From positions 1-38,909 of the forward strand of contig JAZUEE010000169.1 in the NCBI GenBank assembly GCA_045639985.1: DNA of 38,909 nt, written 5' to 3'. Below are positions 10,355 to 20,883 of this stretch, one piece after another. Made by a program: the position numbers and the translations under genes. Position 1 is the first letter of the stretch, and every line of letters starts with the position of its first letter. The notes beneath the pieces were generated by a model. That model was not told where the DNA came from and ran no database searches. It saw only the letters and a program-made list of their open reading frames with translations. This DNA comes from Bacteroidales bacterium (lineage in GTDB: Bacteria > Bacteroidota > Bacteroidia > Bacteroidales > WCHB1-69).

Positions 10355-12013
10355 CTACAATTTCATTATTTTGAAAAACGCGGTCGTTCCGTTTTGGAAA
10401 TACACTTTCCCAACGTATGCGCCACGTGGCATATCCTGTACATCAATCGTACACAGATAGTCCTCTGGATTACAAACCAGTTTAATCATTTGCCCGGACG
10501 ACGTATAAAGTTCTACCTTACTAATTTGCAAATTGCTATTCGCGATATGCACAAAATCCGAAGTTGGATTCGGGAAAACTTCTATCGCATCCACCCTTCG
10601 TGTTGGAACAGCGGTATGGCGGGAATAGGCAGCATAAAAATCTGGAATGCCATATCCTAAGGAATCATTGGGATTTTGATAGCAAGAACCACTTTCGCGA
10701 ACAAATTGCATAATTTCAGAAACAGAAGCAGCTGGAAGGGCCTGCCACAAACAAGCACACAATCCTGCCACGATAGGACATGAAAAACTAGTACCATTAG
10801 CAACAGTCACCTGATTATCAGGTGCTATACAATACGTATTCATACCGACGGATGCCACATCCGGTTTAACACGACCATCGTATGAAGGACCATAAGAAGA
10901 AAAAAACGCAGACACACTGTCAAGCCCGACAGCACCAACCGTCAATATATTAAATGCATCTGCCGGATGACCTATATAATGCCATTCCTTGTTTCCATCA
11001 TTGCCAGCACTAACACACACTACCACCCCTTTTTCTGTTAACATAGTAGCCGCCAAAGAAGCAATACTGCTCACTCCATCCATATTTTCATACGTTACTG
11101 ATGCCTCTGGAAAATCTCTAAAAGCAGTATAACCCAAAGAAGAACTGACGACATCCGCACCAATACTGTCTGCAATAACCGCCGCCTGCGCCCAAAAATC
11201 CTCCTCTATAAGTTGTTCCTGATTGACCTCTTCTGAACGAATCAGAAAATAGCTGGCCTGCGGAGCCGTACCCACCAATACATTCTCCTCGCTCACCGCC
11301 ATAGTGGCTGTCACGATTGTCCCATGGTGATTGCCTTCAAAAACATTGTTGCTCCACGGCAACAAATCACAGGTTCCTAACATACGACCTTCCTCAAAAA
11401 CTTTTCTGAAAGATTCAATGGTATCCACACCATTCCATCCGCCATCTATAACCGCAATCAACATTCCGTCACCACGAAAACCTTCATTATGTAGCAAATG
11501 CCCATTGTGAATCGCAATTTGCCCATAACCGTAACCATAATCGTATGGGACAACTTCCTCTTTAAAATTATTAAAAACGACAGGGGTCTGTGTTTCTTCC
11601 ATATCTTCTTTCAATGAAAAGAGCGGCGCCTCCAAATTATAATTGGCTACCGGAAGGACATCCGACACAAATGGCAAAGTAGATAGCTGAGGCAAAACAG
11701 CAGCATTCGGGCAATAGACCGTTACCGTATTGAACCATTTGCAACTGCACAAGATACGAATATTCGTATCCATTGACAAAATCTGCTGTACATATTGCGG
11801 ATTAACGGGAAAATCCTGCTCTGTGATTGGAATGCTGAAACGGGAACGTTTTGCAATAGCTCTTTCCGATAAATAGGCCGTAGGGTTATCCACCGAATAT
11901 GGAGTGTTGTTTTTATCCGTGAAAGTAAGACGATAACAAGTAGGTGCCGTTTGCGCGAAAATCACTTGAGCCAAACAACACATAACCATTGTAAAAAGGA
12001 AACATTTTTTCAT
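10355..12013 (-). CDS. S8 (subtilisin-like) serine peptidase with T9SS C-terminal sorting domain
   Basis: Signal peptide; catalytic D (IAVIDGG), H (HGT), S (GTSFSCP); oxyanion SAGN; C-terminal VFPNPT...G.YVGKV...KIMKL type-A CTD. Confidence 0.9.
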   Translation of the reverse strand: MKKCFLFTMVMCCLAQVIFAQTAPTCYRLTFTDKNNTPYSVDNPTAYLSERAIAKRSRFSIPITEQDFPVNPQYVQQILSMDTNIRILCSCKWFNTVTVYCPNAAVLPQLSTLPFVSDVLPVANYNLEAPLFSLKEDMEETQTPVVFNNFKEEVVPYDYGYGYGQIAIHNGHLLHNEGFRGDGMLIAVIDGGWNGVDTIESFRKVFEEGRMLGTCDLLPWSNNVFEGNHHGTIVTATMAVSEENVLVGTAPQASYFLIRSEEVNQEQLIEEDFWAQAAVIADSIGADVVSSSLGYTAFRDFPEASVTYENMDGVSSIASLAATMLTEKGVVVCVSAGNDGNKEWHYIGHPADAFNILTVGAVGLDSVSAFFSSYGPSYDGRVKPDVASVGMNTYCIAPDNQVTVANGTSFSCPIVAGLCACLWQALPAASVSEIMQFVRESGSCYQNPNDSLGYGIPDFYAAYSRHTAVPTRRVDAIEVFPNPTSDFVHIANSNLQISKVELYTSSGQMIKLVCNPEDYLCTIDVQDMPRGAYVGKVYFQNGTTAFFKIMKL

Positions 12014-12047
12014 ATTATTTATTTTTATTTTGACTTTTTTGGAGCCG

Positions 12048-12055
12048 CAAAAATA
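12048..12055 (-). promoter_or_regulatory. Bacteroidota -7 promoter element for the S8 peptidase
   Basis: TATTTTTG followed by CGG on the minus strand, about 35 nt upstream of the ATG. Confidence 0.55.
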
Positions 12056-12091
12056 TTAAAATTACTTGTGCACTTAATGCAAAAAACCTTA

Positions 12092-12121
12092 TTTGGAAGT
12101 ACGAGAAATTGTGTAACTTTG
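12092..12121 (+). promoter_or_regulatory. Bacteroidota sigma-A promoter (-33 TTTG / -7 TAACTTTG) for the YD-repeat gene
   Basis: TTTG at 12092-12095, 18-nt spacer, TAACTTTG at 12114-12121; ATG at 12142. Confidence 0.65.
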
Positions 12122-12141
12122 CGCCCTCAAAATCCTTTGTT

Positions 12142-13032
12142 ATGAAAACTTTGAAAATTATCAAAAAAGAATATCAGCGCGTCGGTTACAATGAAAACGA
12201 CATCAATCCTATTGAATATGTGGAAGTTTCAGCTCAATACAACGAGCAAGGACAAATCATCCGAGAGGAACGTTTCGATCCGGACGGCAATCTTAACACG
12301 TTGACCATCAATACGTACAATGAAAACAATCTTCTTGCCCAAACCGAACAATTTGATATGGACGAGATTTTGTTGCAAAAAACGATTAATTACTATGATG
12401 ACAAACAGCTTTTAATACAACAAGGTAACTTTTTCGGAGATGATGAAAACGAGTACATCACTAAATATGTATATGACGAAGACGGCAATCTCCTGCGCTT
12501 GGAAATGTATTTCGAAGGTAATCTCGACTACATTGAAAAAGAAATGGAATACGCTGATGGCTTGATAGTTAAAGAAATTGAAAATGATGACTACGGCAAC
12601 CAAGTAAACGTTCATAAATACGAATACAATGACAAAGGACTATTAGTAAAACACGTTCGCGACGAAGTGCAAAACAAAGACCGCCGCACTTATGAATATA
12701 CCTACAATGAAAACGAAAACTGCATTAAAGAATTAGTTTACGACTATGGCAATGCTTTAATTGCCAAGGTCTATCGTCAGTACAATGAGAACAACAAATT
12801 AGTAGAAACAATAGAAGAGGATTTGGACAATTATCGTAGAATCACGATGGAATATGATGGTGATTTGGTAATGAAAAATTCCCTTTTCAATAAAGATGGG
12901 CAGTTGTTAGGATGGGCGGAATATACGTATGATGAAAACGGGAAGGAAAACTCCTCTCGCGAGTTCATTCAAGATGAGATCCAGCCCGAAAATTTCCGCC
13001 CAATCCGCGAAACACGCTACGAGAGAGCATAA
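12142..13032 (+). CDS. Stand-alone acidic YD/RHS-like repeat protein, no signal peptide
   Basis: Roughly 23-25-aa units with Y[ND]E.G[NQ]-like turns (YNEQGQ, YNENNL, YDEDGN, YNDKGL, YNENEN, YNENNK, YDENGK). Start moved to ATG 12142, downstream of the promoter. Confidence 0.65.
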   Translation: MKTLKIIKKEYQRVGYNENDINPIEYVEVSAQYNEQGQIIREERFDPDGNLNTLTINTYNENNLLAQTEQFDMDEILLQKTINYYDDKQLLIQQGNFFGDDENEYITKYVYDEDGNLLRLEMYFEGNLDYIEKEMEYADGLIVKEIENDDYGNQVNVHKYEYNDKGLLVKHVRDEVQNKDRRTYEYTYNENENCIKELVYDYGNALIAKVYRQYNENNKLVETIEEDLDNYRRITMEYDGDLVMKNSLFNKDGQLLGWAEYTYDENGKENSSREFIQDEIQPENFRPIRETRYERA

Positions 13033-13145
13033 AATTCTCAAATGTTAAAGTGAATTTAGAAATTGGCAGTAGAGAAGTGGCTTTATAGTAAGATTTTTGC
13101 CATAGAATCTATTGTTTACGGATTGTCGCTTATTGCATTATTTAT

Positions 13146-13153
13146 TATTTTTG
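13146..13153 (+). promoter_or_regulatory. Bacteroidota -7 promoter element for the serS operon
   Basis: TATTTTTG followed by CCG, 20 nt before ATG 13174. Confidence 0.6.
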
Positions 13154-13173
13154 CCGCCCAAAATTTTAAAACA

Positions 13174-14445
13174 ATGTTACAAATACAACTACTTAGAGAA
13201 AATCCACAAGAAGTAATTGACAGATTGAAAATTAAGAATTTTGATGCAACCGCTTTGGTTGAAGAAATCCGTCAATTAGATACCGATATTCGAAACCTGA
13301 AAAAAAGTTTGGACGACAATCTGATGGAGCAGAATCGCGGTGCCAAACAAATTGGCCAACTTTTCAAAGAGGGCAAAGGCGCTGAAGCCAGTGAATTAAA
13401 AAACAGAATGGCCGAGCTCAAAGAATCAGAAAAAACTGATCGCGCAAAACTTCAGGAACAAGAAGCCGAATTACTCAACAAAATGATGTTGCTGCCCAAC
13501 CTGCCCAACGCAGCTGTTGCCCCGGGCAAAGGCGCAGACGACAATGAAATCATCTATACCGAAGGCGACGCTTCCAATTTCAATTGGAATGCCCTACCCC
13601 ATTGGGATTTGGTGAAGAAATACGACATTATCGATTTCGAACTCGGCAATAAAATCACAGGCGCCGGATTCCCTGTTTATAAAGGCAAAGGTGCCCGCAT
13701 GCAACGCGCCCTCATCGACTTTTTCCTGGATAGCGCCACCGCTGCCGGCTTTACCGAAATCCAACCTCCCTACATGGTAAATGAGGATTCCGCCTACGGC
13801 ACCGGACAACTTCCCGACAAAGAGGGACAAATGTATCACTGCCAAGTCGACAACTTCTATCTTATCCCAACAGCAGAAGTTCCCGTTACCAACATCTATC
13901 GCGACGTCATCCTCAAAGAAAGCGATTTTCCATTGAAGAACTGCGCCTATTCCGCTTGTTTCCGTCGGGAAGCCGGCTCATACGGCAAAGACGTGCGTGG
14001 CCTCAACCGCCTGCACCAATTCGACAAAATTGAAATCGTAACCATCGAACACCCAGATCGTTCCTACGAAACGTTGGAAACTATGACCAATTACGCCAAA
14101 GGTTTGCTGACCAAACTCGGTCTGCCGTTCCGCGTACTCCGTCTCTGCGGCGGCGACATCAGCTTCACCTCCGCGCTCACATACGATTTGGAAGTCTATT
14201 CCAAAGCACAACAAAAATGGTTAGAGGTTAGCTCCGTTTCAAACTTCGAGTCCTATCAAGCCAACCGTTTGAAACTGAGATTCAAAGACTCTACGGGTAA
14301 AACCCGATTAGCACATACCTTGAATGGTAGCGCTTTGGCTCTACCCCGCGTGTTAGCCGCCATCCTTGAAAATTATCAAACCGACAAAGGCATCATCGTT
14401 CCCGAAGTTCTCCGTCCTTACACTCACTTCGACATTATTAACTAA
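13174..14445 (+). CDS. serS: Serine--tRNA ligase
   Basis: N-terminal coiled coil, LIPTAEVP, motif 2 FRREAGSYGKDVRGLNRLHQF, EVSSVSN, HTLNGSALALPR. True start is ATG 13174 (MLQIQ). Confidence 0.97.
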   Translation: MLQIQLLRENPQEVIDRLKIKNFDATALVEEIRQLDTDIRNLKKSLDDNLMEQNRGAKQIGQLFKEGKGAEASELKNRMAELKESEKTDRAKLQEQEAELLNKMMLLPNLPNAAVAPGKGADDNEIIYTEGDASNFNWNALPHWDLVKKYDIIDFELGNKITGAGFPVYKGKGARMQRALIDFFLDSATAAGFTEIQPPYMVNEDSAYGTGQLPDKEGQMYHCQVDNFYLIPTAEVPVTNIYRDVILKESDFPLKNCAYSACFRREAGSYGKDVRGLNRLHQFDKIEIVTIEHPDRSYETLETMTNYAKGLLTKLGLPFRVLRLCGGDISFTSALTYDLEVYSKAQQKWLEVSSVSNFESYQANRLKLRFKDSTGKTRLAHTLNGSALALPRVLAAILENYQTDKGIIVPEVLRPYTHFDIIN

Positions 14446-14453
14446 CTTGCTGA

Positions 14454-16322
14454 ATGAAACGGTTTCTTTTAGCCCTTCTTTTCGTATTGGCTTTCGTCGC
14501 ACTTTACGCACAGCAGAGTGATGACGAGAAGTTGGCATTGCAGTACTATAAGGATAAGGAATTTGACAAAGCCATAGAGCTTTTTGAAAAAATTCAAAAC
14601 AAAAACCCGAACACTTATCTGTACTACTATTACTATTCTTCTCTTTTAGAGTTGGAACGTTATGACGATTTGGAAAAGCTCACCAAAAAACAGATAAAGA
14701 ATTTTCCCAATGTCCAGCGCTACAAGGTTGATCAGGGATATGCTTACGAACGTTCCGGGAATGGGCAGAAAGCCGAGAAAATATATCAGGATTTATTGAA
14801 GAACCTCCCCGCCAAAGAGTTCTCCGTTCAAGAACTCTATAGCGCCTTTTATTCCAAAGGAAAGTACGATTATGCCATTGAAGTCATCCAAAAAGGCCGC
14901 CGACTTTTGAACAATGATAAACTTTTATCCAAAGAATTAATTGCCCTATATCAGCATTTAAATCAAACGGAAAAAATCATTGAAGAAGTCCTTTCATTGG
15001 TTAAAGATGAAGATAATACCTATTTGGAACAAGCCCAGACAGGCATTCAAAATCTGTTATTAGATGACGAGGACAATCAGAAATACAACACCGTAAAGAC
15101 GACCTTACAGAAATATTCTCAAAAAAATCCTTCCAACATCAATTACCTGACACTGCTATACTGGGTAAACCAATTACATAAGGAATATGGCGAGGCGTTG
15201 GTGCTGGCAAAAGCCATCGACAAACGACTGAAAATCGAAGGTATTCGCACGTACGAATTGGCCTGCGTGGCTGCTGAAAACCATGATTTCAATACGGCCA
15301 TAGAAGCTCTGGAATACATCCTAAACAAAGGGGAAGACGTACACAACTATGTACAAGCCCAAATGAAAATTTTGGATGTCCGTTACCAACAATTAGTAGA
15401 ATCATCTCCTATCAAAATGGTGGATGCCATCAATTTGGAACGTGACTTCAAAAAGGTTTTGGATGAAAACGGCCTTCATTCCGGAACTACTGATTGGATA
15501 CGGAAATATGCCCATTTGTTAGCTTTCTATGTCAACAAACCGGATGAAGCCGTTTCTGTACTTTCACAGGCAATGAGCAATGCCACTCGAGATGCCAAAG
15601 AAAAGAATCTGTACAAACTTGATTTGGCTGATGTTCAACTATATATGGGGAATATTTGGGATGCGTCCCTTAATTATTCCCAAATTGACAAAGACATGCC
15701 CAATGATGAAATCGGCAACGAAGCCAAATTCAAAAACGCCAAACTCTCTTTCTACATTGGTGAATTTGACTGGGCAAAAAGCCAGTTAGATGTGCTGTCA
15801 GCGGCCACTACCAAGCTTATTGCCAACGATGCCATCTACTTTTCCTTCCTGATTTCCGACAATCTTGAAGAAGATGAAGACGAAGAGGACGAAGACACCA
15901 CCTATTTGCTGTTTCAAAAACAGTCTGTCAATCTTCCACTTCAAAAATATGCACAAGCCGACTTTTTGATTTTTCAAAACAAAGACGACCAAGCATTGGT
16001 CATGTTGGATTCCGTGATTACACTTTCTCCATTAGGTTCACTGGTTGATGATGCTCTTTACCAGAAAGCGCTGATTCTCATCAAACGCAAAGACTACTTA
16101 GGAGCCGAAGCTCTATTAAAAAATATAGAACAAAACCACGGCTCCGAGCTTTTGGCCGACGACGCGATCTTTCGCTTAGCCGAGCTGTACGAATATTATC
16201 TGAAGGATGTTTCCAAAGCCATGGAATATTATCAGAAAATATTGCGTGATTTCAGCGGCAGTCTGTATGTTGTAGATGCCCGCAAACATTTCCGGGCACT
16301 GCGTGGCGACAATATTGAATAA
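14454..16322 (+). CDS. Exported tetratricopeptide-repeat protein
   Basis: Signal peptide, many TPR helices, C-terminal ARKHFRALRGD; lies between serS and rsmA; carries an acidic EEDEDEEDED stretch. Confidence 0.8.
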   Translation: MKRFLLALLFVLAFVALYAQQSDDEKLALQYYKDKEFDKAIELFEKIQNKNPNTYLYYYYYSSLLELERYDDLEKLTKKQIKNFPNVQRYKVDQGYAYERSGNGQKAEKIYQDLLKNLPAKEFSVQELYSAFYSKGKYDYAIEVIQKGRRLLNNDKLLSKELIALYQHLNQTEKIIEEVLSLVKDEDNTYLEQAQTGIQNLLLDDEDNQKYNTVKTTLQKYSQKNPSNINYLTLLYWVNQLHKEYGEALVLAKAIDKRLKIEGIRTYELACVAAENHDFNTAIEALEYILNKGEDVHNYVQAQMKILDVRYQQLVESSPIKMVDAINLERDFKKVLDENGLHSGTTDWIRKYAHLLAFYVNKPDEAVSVLSQAMSNATRDAKEKNLYKLDLADVQLYMGNIWDASLNYSQIDKDMPNDEIGNEAKFKNAKLSFYIGEFDWAKSQLDVLSAATTKLIANDAIYFSFLISDNLEEDEDEEDEDTTYLLFQKQSVNLPLQKYAQADFLIFQNKDDQALVMLDSVITLSPLGSLVDDALYQKALILIKRKDYLGAEALLKNIEQNHGSELLADDAIFRLAELYEYYLKDVSKAMEYYQKILRDFSGSLYVVDARKHFRALRGDNIE

Positions 16323-16328
16323 CAACTT

Positions 16329-17093
16329 ATGGAAGTACGCGCGAAAAAAAGGTTAGGACAGCATTTTCTCAAAAATGAAGAAATAGCCCGCAATATTGCG
16401 GAAGCTGTTCGCACACCCAATGCCCACGTGCTCGAAATTGGCCCCGGCATGGGTGTCCTGACGCAATTTCTTCTACAACAGCCGTTCGCTTCGTTTTCCG
16501 TTATAGAATTGGATGAAGAATCTGTTGACTATCTGCAAAAACATTTCCCACAATTAGGAGAAAACTTGATTGCAGGTGATTTTCTCAAACTGGATTTGAC
16601 AGCCCGCTATCCTGACAAATTCGTCATTGTGGGTAATTTCCCTTACAATATTTCCTCCCAGATTTTATTCAGGATGTTGGATTACAAAGACCAAGCCGTG
16701 GAATTGGTCGGCATGTTCCAAAAAGAAGTGGGCGAACGCATCACTGCTGCCGCAGGAAAAAAACAATATGGCATCGTAAGCGTGTTATTGCAAGCATTTT
16801 ACGACACAGAATACCTCTTTACCGTATCCGAGAACGAGTTTCTTCCTCCTCCAAAAGTCAAATCTGCCGTAGTGCGGGTAACCCGCAATTTCGATAAGAA
16901 GCTCAATTGTGACGAAGAAAAGTTCAAATTAATCGTCAAAACCGCCTTTAACTATCGTCGTAAAACACTACGGAATGCATTGCAGACATTGCCTTTCCCA
17001 CTAAAAGTAGTGGCTAATGATCCAATATTCACAAAACGTGCCGAGCAGCTCTCTGTAGCCGATTACGAATACTTGACTAATATGTTGCAATAA
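16329..17093 (+). CDS. rsmA: 16S rRNA m6,2A1518/A1519 dimethyltransferase
   Basis: KKRLGQHFL, VLEIGPGMG, GNFPYNIS, MFQKEV, F.PPPKVKS, RRKTLRN. Confidence 0.97.
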   Translation: MEVRAKKRLGQHFLKNEEIARNIAEAVRTPNAHVLEIGPGMGVLTQFLLQQPFASFSVIELDEESVDYLQKHFPQLGENLIAGDFLKLDLTARYPDKFVIVGNFPYNISSQILFRMLDYKDQAVELVGMFQKEVGERITAAAGKKQYGIVSVLLQAFYDTEYLFTVSENEFLPPPKVKSAVVRVTRNFDKKLNCDEEKFKLIVKTAFNYRRKTLRNALQTLPFPLKVVANDPIFTKRAEQLSVADYEYLTNMLQ

Positions 17094-17112
17094 TTTATAA
17101 CAACTATTGATT

Positions 17113-17508
17113 ATGAAGAAGTTATTTTATATCAACTTATTACTTGTACTTATGGCAAGTTGTGCTTCCGAAAAGAAATGTGCCTCAACAAAGGAAATGG
17201 TGGTTTTGGATAAAAACACCAATGAAGTAACTTTGAAAGTTGGGCAACCCTGTGAAATTCAATTTATCACAAATGCCTCCACAGGATATTGGTGGCAATG
17301 GGTGAACAGCAATGAAATCACAGTCGTGGACTCCATTGGCGAACATTACACCAGCACGGCACCTGTCGGAATGGTGGGAGCCTCCTCCACACGCCACTGG
17401 AAATTTGAAGCCAAGAAAAAAGGCACAGAAACTTTGAAGTTCGTATATGCACGCTCCAACCGTGATGATGCCATCAAGACGCGTGAAGTGACCATAAAAG
17501 TCAAGTAA
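17113..17508 (+). CDS. Chagasin/I42 cysteine-protease inhibitor family lipoprotein
   Basis: Lipobox MASC; NASTGYWW (chagasin NPTTGY-like loop), GMVGA, F.A.KKG...L.F.YAR. Confidence 0.75.
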   Translation: MKKLFYINLLLVLMASCASEKKCASTKEMVVLDKNTNEVTLKVGQPCEIQFITNASTGYWWQWVNSNEITVVDSIGEHYTSTAPVGMVGASSTRHWKFEAKKKGTETLKFVYARSNRDDAIKTREVTIKVK

Positions 17509-18725
17509 TGGTCTCTGGCAAAATATACGTGGCCATTCCGGCCATGAATGAGCTTGAAGACCTGCCTTTCACGCTACAGGACTTGGTCCAACAAGATAGC
17601 CATGTCCCTTTTGATGTCTATGTGTGCGTGAACCAGCCGGAAGAATATTGGACAAATCCTGAAAAACGCACAATATGTGAAAGCAACCAACAGCTGTTGG
17701 AGCTATTGAAATCTTTTGAAGGATTGTCACTCCACATAATTGACCGCGCCTCTCAAGGCAAAGGATGGCAAGGCAAAAAGTTCGGTGTCGGATGGGCGCG
17801 CAAAACACTTTTCGACCATATCCTCGCGTTTGCCGCCCCCGAAGATATCATTATCAGCTTGGACGCAGACACGCGCGTGCGACCTCACTACATACAGTCA
17901 GTGGCTGATAATATGTCCACACACCCACACATTCCGGCCATCTCGGTGCCGTACTATCACCCGCTCACCAGCAACGAATTGCAGGACCGCGCCATTTTAC
18001 GGTACGAATTCTACATGCGCAATTATGCCATCAACCTCTATCGGATTGGCAGCCCATACAGTTTCACTGCCATCGGGTCGGCAATAGTAATGCGTGCCGG
18101 TGCGTTACGCAAAATCGGAGGCATCACGCCCGTAAAAAGCGGAGAAGACTTCTATTTGATGCAAAAACTCCGCAAAATGGCGCCTATCAGTAACTACAAT
18201 GAAGAAATGGTCTATCCCGCCGCGCGATTCTCTGACCGCGTGTTTTTTGGCACAGGTCCCGCACTTATCAAGGGTTCGCAAGGCGAATGGAATAGTTACC
18301 CCATCTACCATCATCAACTTTTCAGCAGCATCGCACAGACATACGAATTGCTGCCGCAACTTTATAAACAAGACATACAAACGGAGTTCTTGGAATTCTT
18401 ACAAAAGCAGTTTAATGACGGCCATTTATGGCAGAACATTCGCAAAAACGTGAAAGACTACGCACATTTCGTCCATGCTTTTCACGAAAAGGCCGATGGT
18501 TTGCGCATCTTGCAATACCTACGTCAGAAACACAAAGACAACACCCTATCGGATGAAGAAGCGTTGAATCAAAACCTCGCAACGTGGTTACCGAATGAAC
18601 AACACCCCTACTTCAACACTGATTTCAAGAAGCTGACCGTGGAACAATTAAACCATATCCGAAATCGACTATTTGAAATAGAGGCAGGACAGCGAAAAGT
18701 AGAGGAGAAATTTTCCAACTTATAA
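17508..18725 (+). CDS. Glycosyltransferase family 2 (GT-A) protein
   Basis: VAIPAMNE, GVGWARK, DAD (DxD) motif, GEDFY; TAATG overlap with the upstream gene. Confidence 0.8.
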   Translation: MVSGKIYVAIPAMNELEDLPFTLQDLVQQDSHVPFDVYVCVNQPEEYWTNPEKRTICESNQQLLELLKSFEGLSLHIIDRASQGKGWQGKKFGVGWARKTLFDHILAFAAPEDIIISLDADTRVRPHYIQSVADNMSTHPHIPAISVPYYHPLTSNELQDRAILRYEFYMRNYAINLYRIGSPYSFTAIGSAIVMRAGALRKIGGITPVKSGEDFYLMQKLRKMAPISNYNEEMVYPAARFSDRVFFGTGPALIKGSQGEWNSYPIYHHQLFSSIAQTYELLPQLYKQDIQTEFLEFLQKQFNDGHLWQNIRKNVKDYAHFVHAFHEKADGLRILQYLRQKHKDNTLSDEEALNQNLATWLPNEQHPYFNTDFKKLTVEQLNHIRNRLFEIEAGQRKVEEKFSNL

Positions 18726-18812
18726 GCAGCAAGCCATATAAACAGGTAAGTATGTGATGTCGTCTTTTTGACTCAATCGGTTGGATGAAGGACAAAAGAT
18801 TCTCCAAAATTT

Positions 18813-18844
18813 TTTGTCTTTGTCCCAATAAAATTGTATCTTTG
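18813..18844 (+). promoter_or_regulatory. Bacteroidota sigma-A promoter of gap
   Basis: TTTG at 18813-18816, 20-nt spacer, TATCTTTG at 18837-18844. Confidence 0.75.
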
Positions 18845-18869
18845 CACGCTTTTTTGCAAAGTTCAATAA

Positions 18870-19901
<1,032 letters not shown>

Positions 19902-19922
19902 TCGTTTACGTTTACAATAGAA

Positions 19923-19956
19923 CGAAAAAGGATGCCGCAAAACGCATCCTTTTTCG
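19923..19956 (+). terminator. Intrinsic terminator after gap
   Basis: CGAAAAAGGATGC-cgcaaaac-GCATCCTTTTTCG, a perfect 13-bp inverted repeat with A/T tracts. Confidence 0.85.
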
Positions 19957-19986
19957 TATTTTATTAATAATCAATAAAATATAAAC

Positions 19987-20865
19987 ATGAAAGGTATTGT
20001 ACTCGCTGGTGGTTCCGGCACAAGATTGTATCCTATCACCAAAGGTGTCAGCAAACAAATGCTGCCCATTTACGACAAACCGATGGTTTATTACCCGATT
20101 TCCGTATTGATGTTGGCCGGCATTCGCGATATTCTCATCATTTCCACTCCACAAGACCTCCCTGGTTTCAAACGCTTGTTGGGTGACGGTAGCGACTACG
20201 GCGTGAAATTCCAATATGCCGAACAACCCTCTCCCGATGGATTGGCCCAAGCCTTCATCATCGGTGAGGAATTTATCGGCGACGACTGTGCCTGCCTCGT
20301 ATTAGGTGACAACATCTTCTATGGCAGCCATTTCACTGGAAAGTTGTTGGATGCAGTAAAAGCCGCAGAACAGGATAACAAAGCCACCGTTTTCGGCTAT
20401 TGGGTAAAAGACCCCGAGCGCTACGGCGTGGCTGAGTTTGACGAAGAGGGCAACTGCCTTTCTATTGAAGAAAAACCCGCCCAACCCAAAAGCAATTATG
20501 CCGTGGTAGGCCTCTATTTCTACCCCAATAAAGTGGTGGAAGTAGCCAAACACATCAAACCTTCTGCCCGTGGCGAGTTGGAAATCACTACGGTGAATCA
20601 GGAATTTCTGAAAGACGGCGAACTAAAGGTTCAATTGCTCGGACGTGGTTTTGCCTGGCTTGACACCGGCACACATGACTCGCTGACCGAGGCCACCAAT
20701 TTCGTGGAAACTATTGAAAAACGCCAGGGACTGAAAATTGCCTGCTTGGAAGGCATTGCATACGACAAAGGTTGGATTACCGACGAGCGCCTTCGCGAAA
20801 TCGCCAAACCGATGCTCAAAAACCAATACGGTCAGTATTTAATGCAGTTATTAGAAAAAAGATAA
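19987..20865 (+). CDS. rfbA: Glucose-1-phosphate thymidylyltransferase
   Basis: [42 protein letters not shown]. Confidence 0.96.
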   Translation: MKGIVLAGGSGTRLYPITKGVSKQMLPIYDKPMVYYPISVLMLAGIRDILIISTPQDLPGFKRLLGDGSDYGVKFQYAEQPSPDGLAQAFIIGEEFIGDDCACLVLGDNIFYGSHFTGKLLDAVKAAEQDNKATVFGYWVKDPERYGVAEFDEEGNCLSIEEKPAQPKSNYAVVGLYFYPNKVVEVAKHIKPSARGELEITTVNQEFLKDGELKVQLLGRGFAWLDTGTHDSLTEATNFVETIEKRQGLKIACLEGIAYDKGWITDERLREIAKPMLKNQYGQYLMQLLEKR

Positions 20866-20883
20866 CCTCTTAATCTCAACACT

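Noticed and set aside
12142-13032. RHS polymorphic toxin
   Set aside because: Too short, with no DPxG cleavage motif, toxin domain, immunity gene or VgrG/PAAR.
13063-13173. N-terminal hydrophobic extension on SerS (likewise the extensions at 12109, 22184, 32766 and 3584)
   Set aside because: ORF-caller artefacts. The SerS and 12109 extensions run through the -7 promoter element, and downstream ATGs give family-typical N-termini.
19902-19986. Invertible (phase-variable) capsule promoter
   Set aside because: The only inverted repeat is the terminator stem with an 8-nt loop; no promoter is enclosed and no recombinase is in the window.
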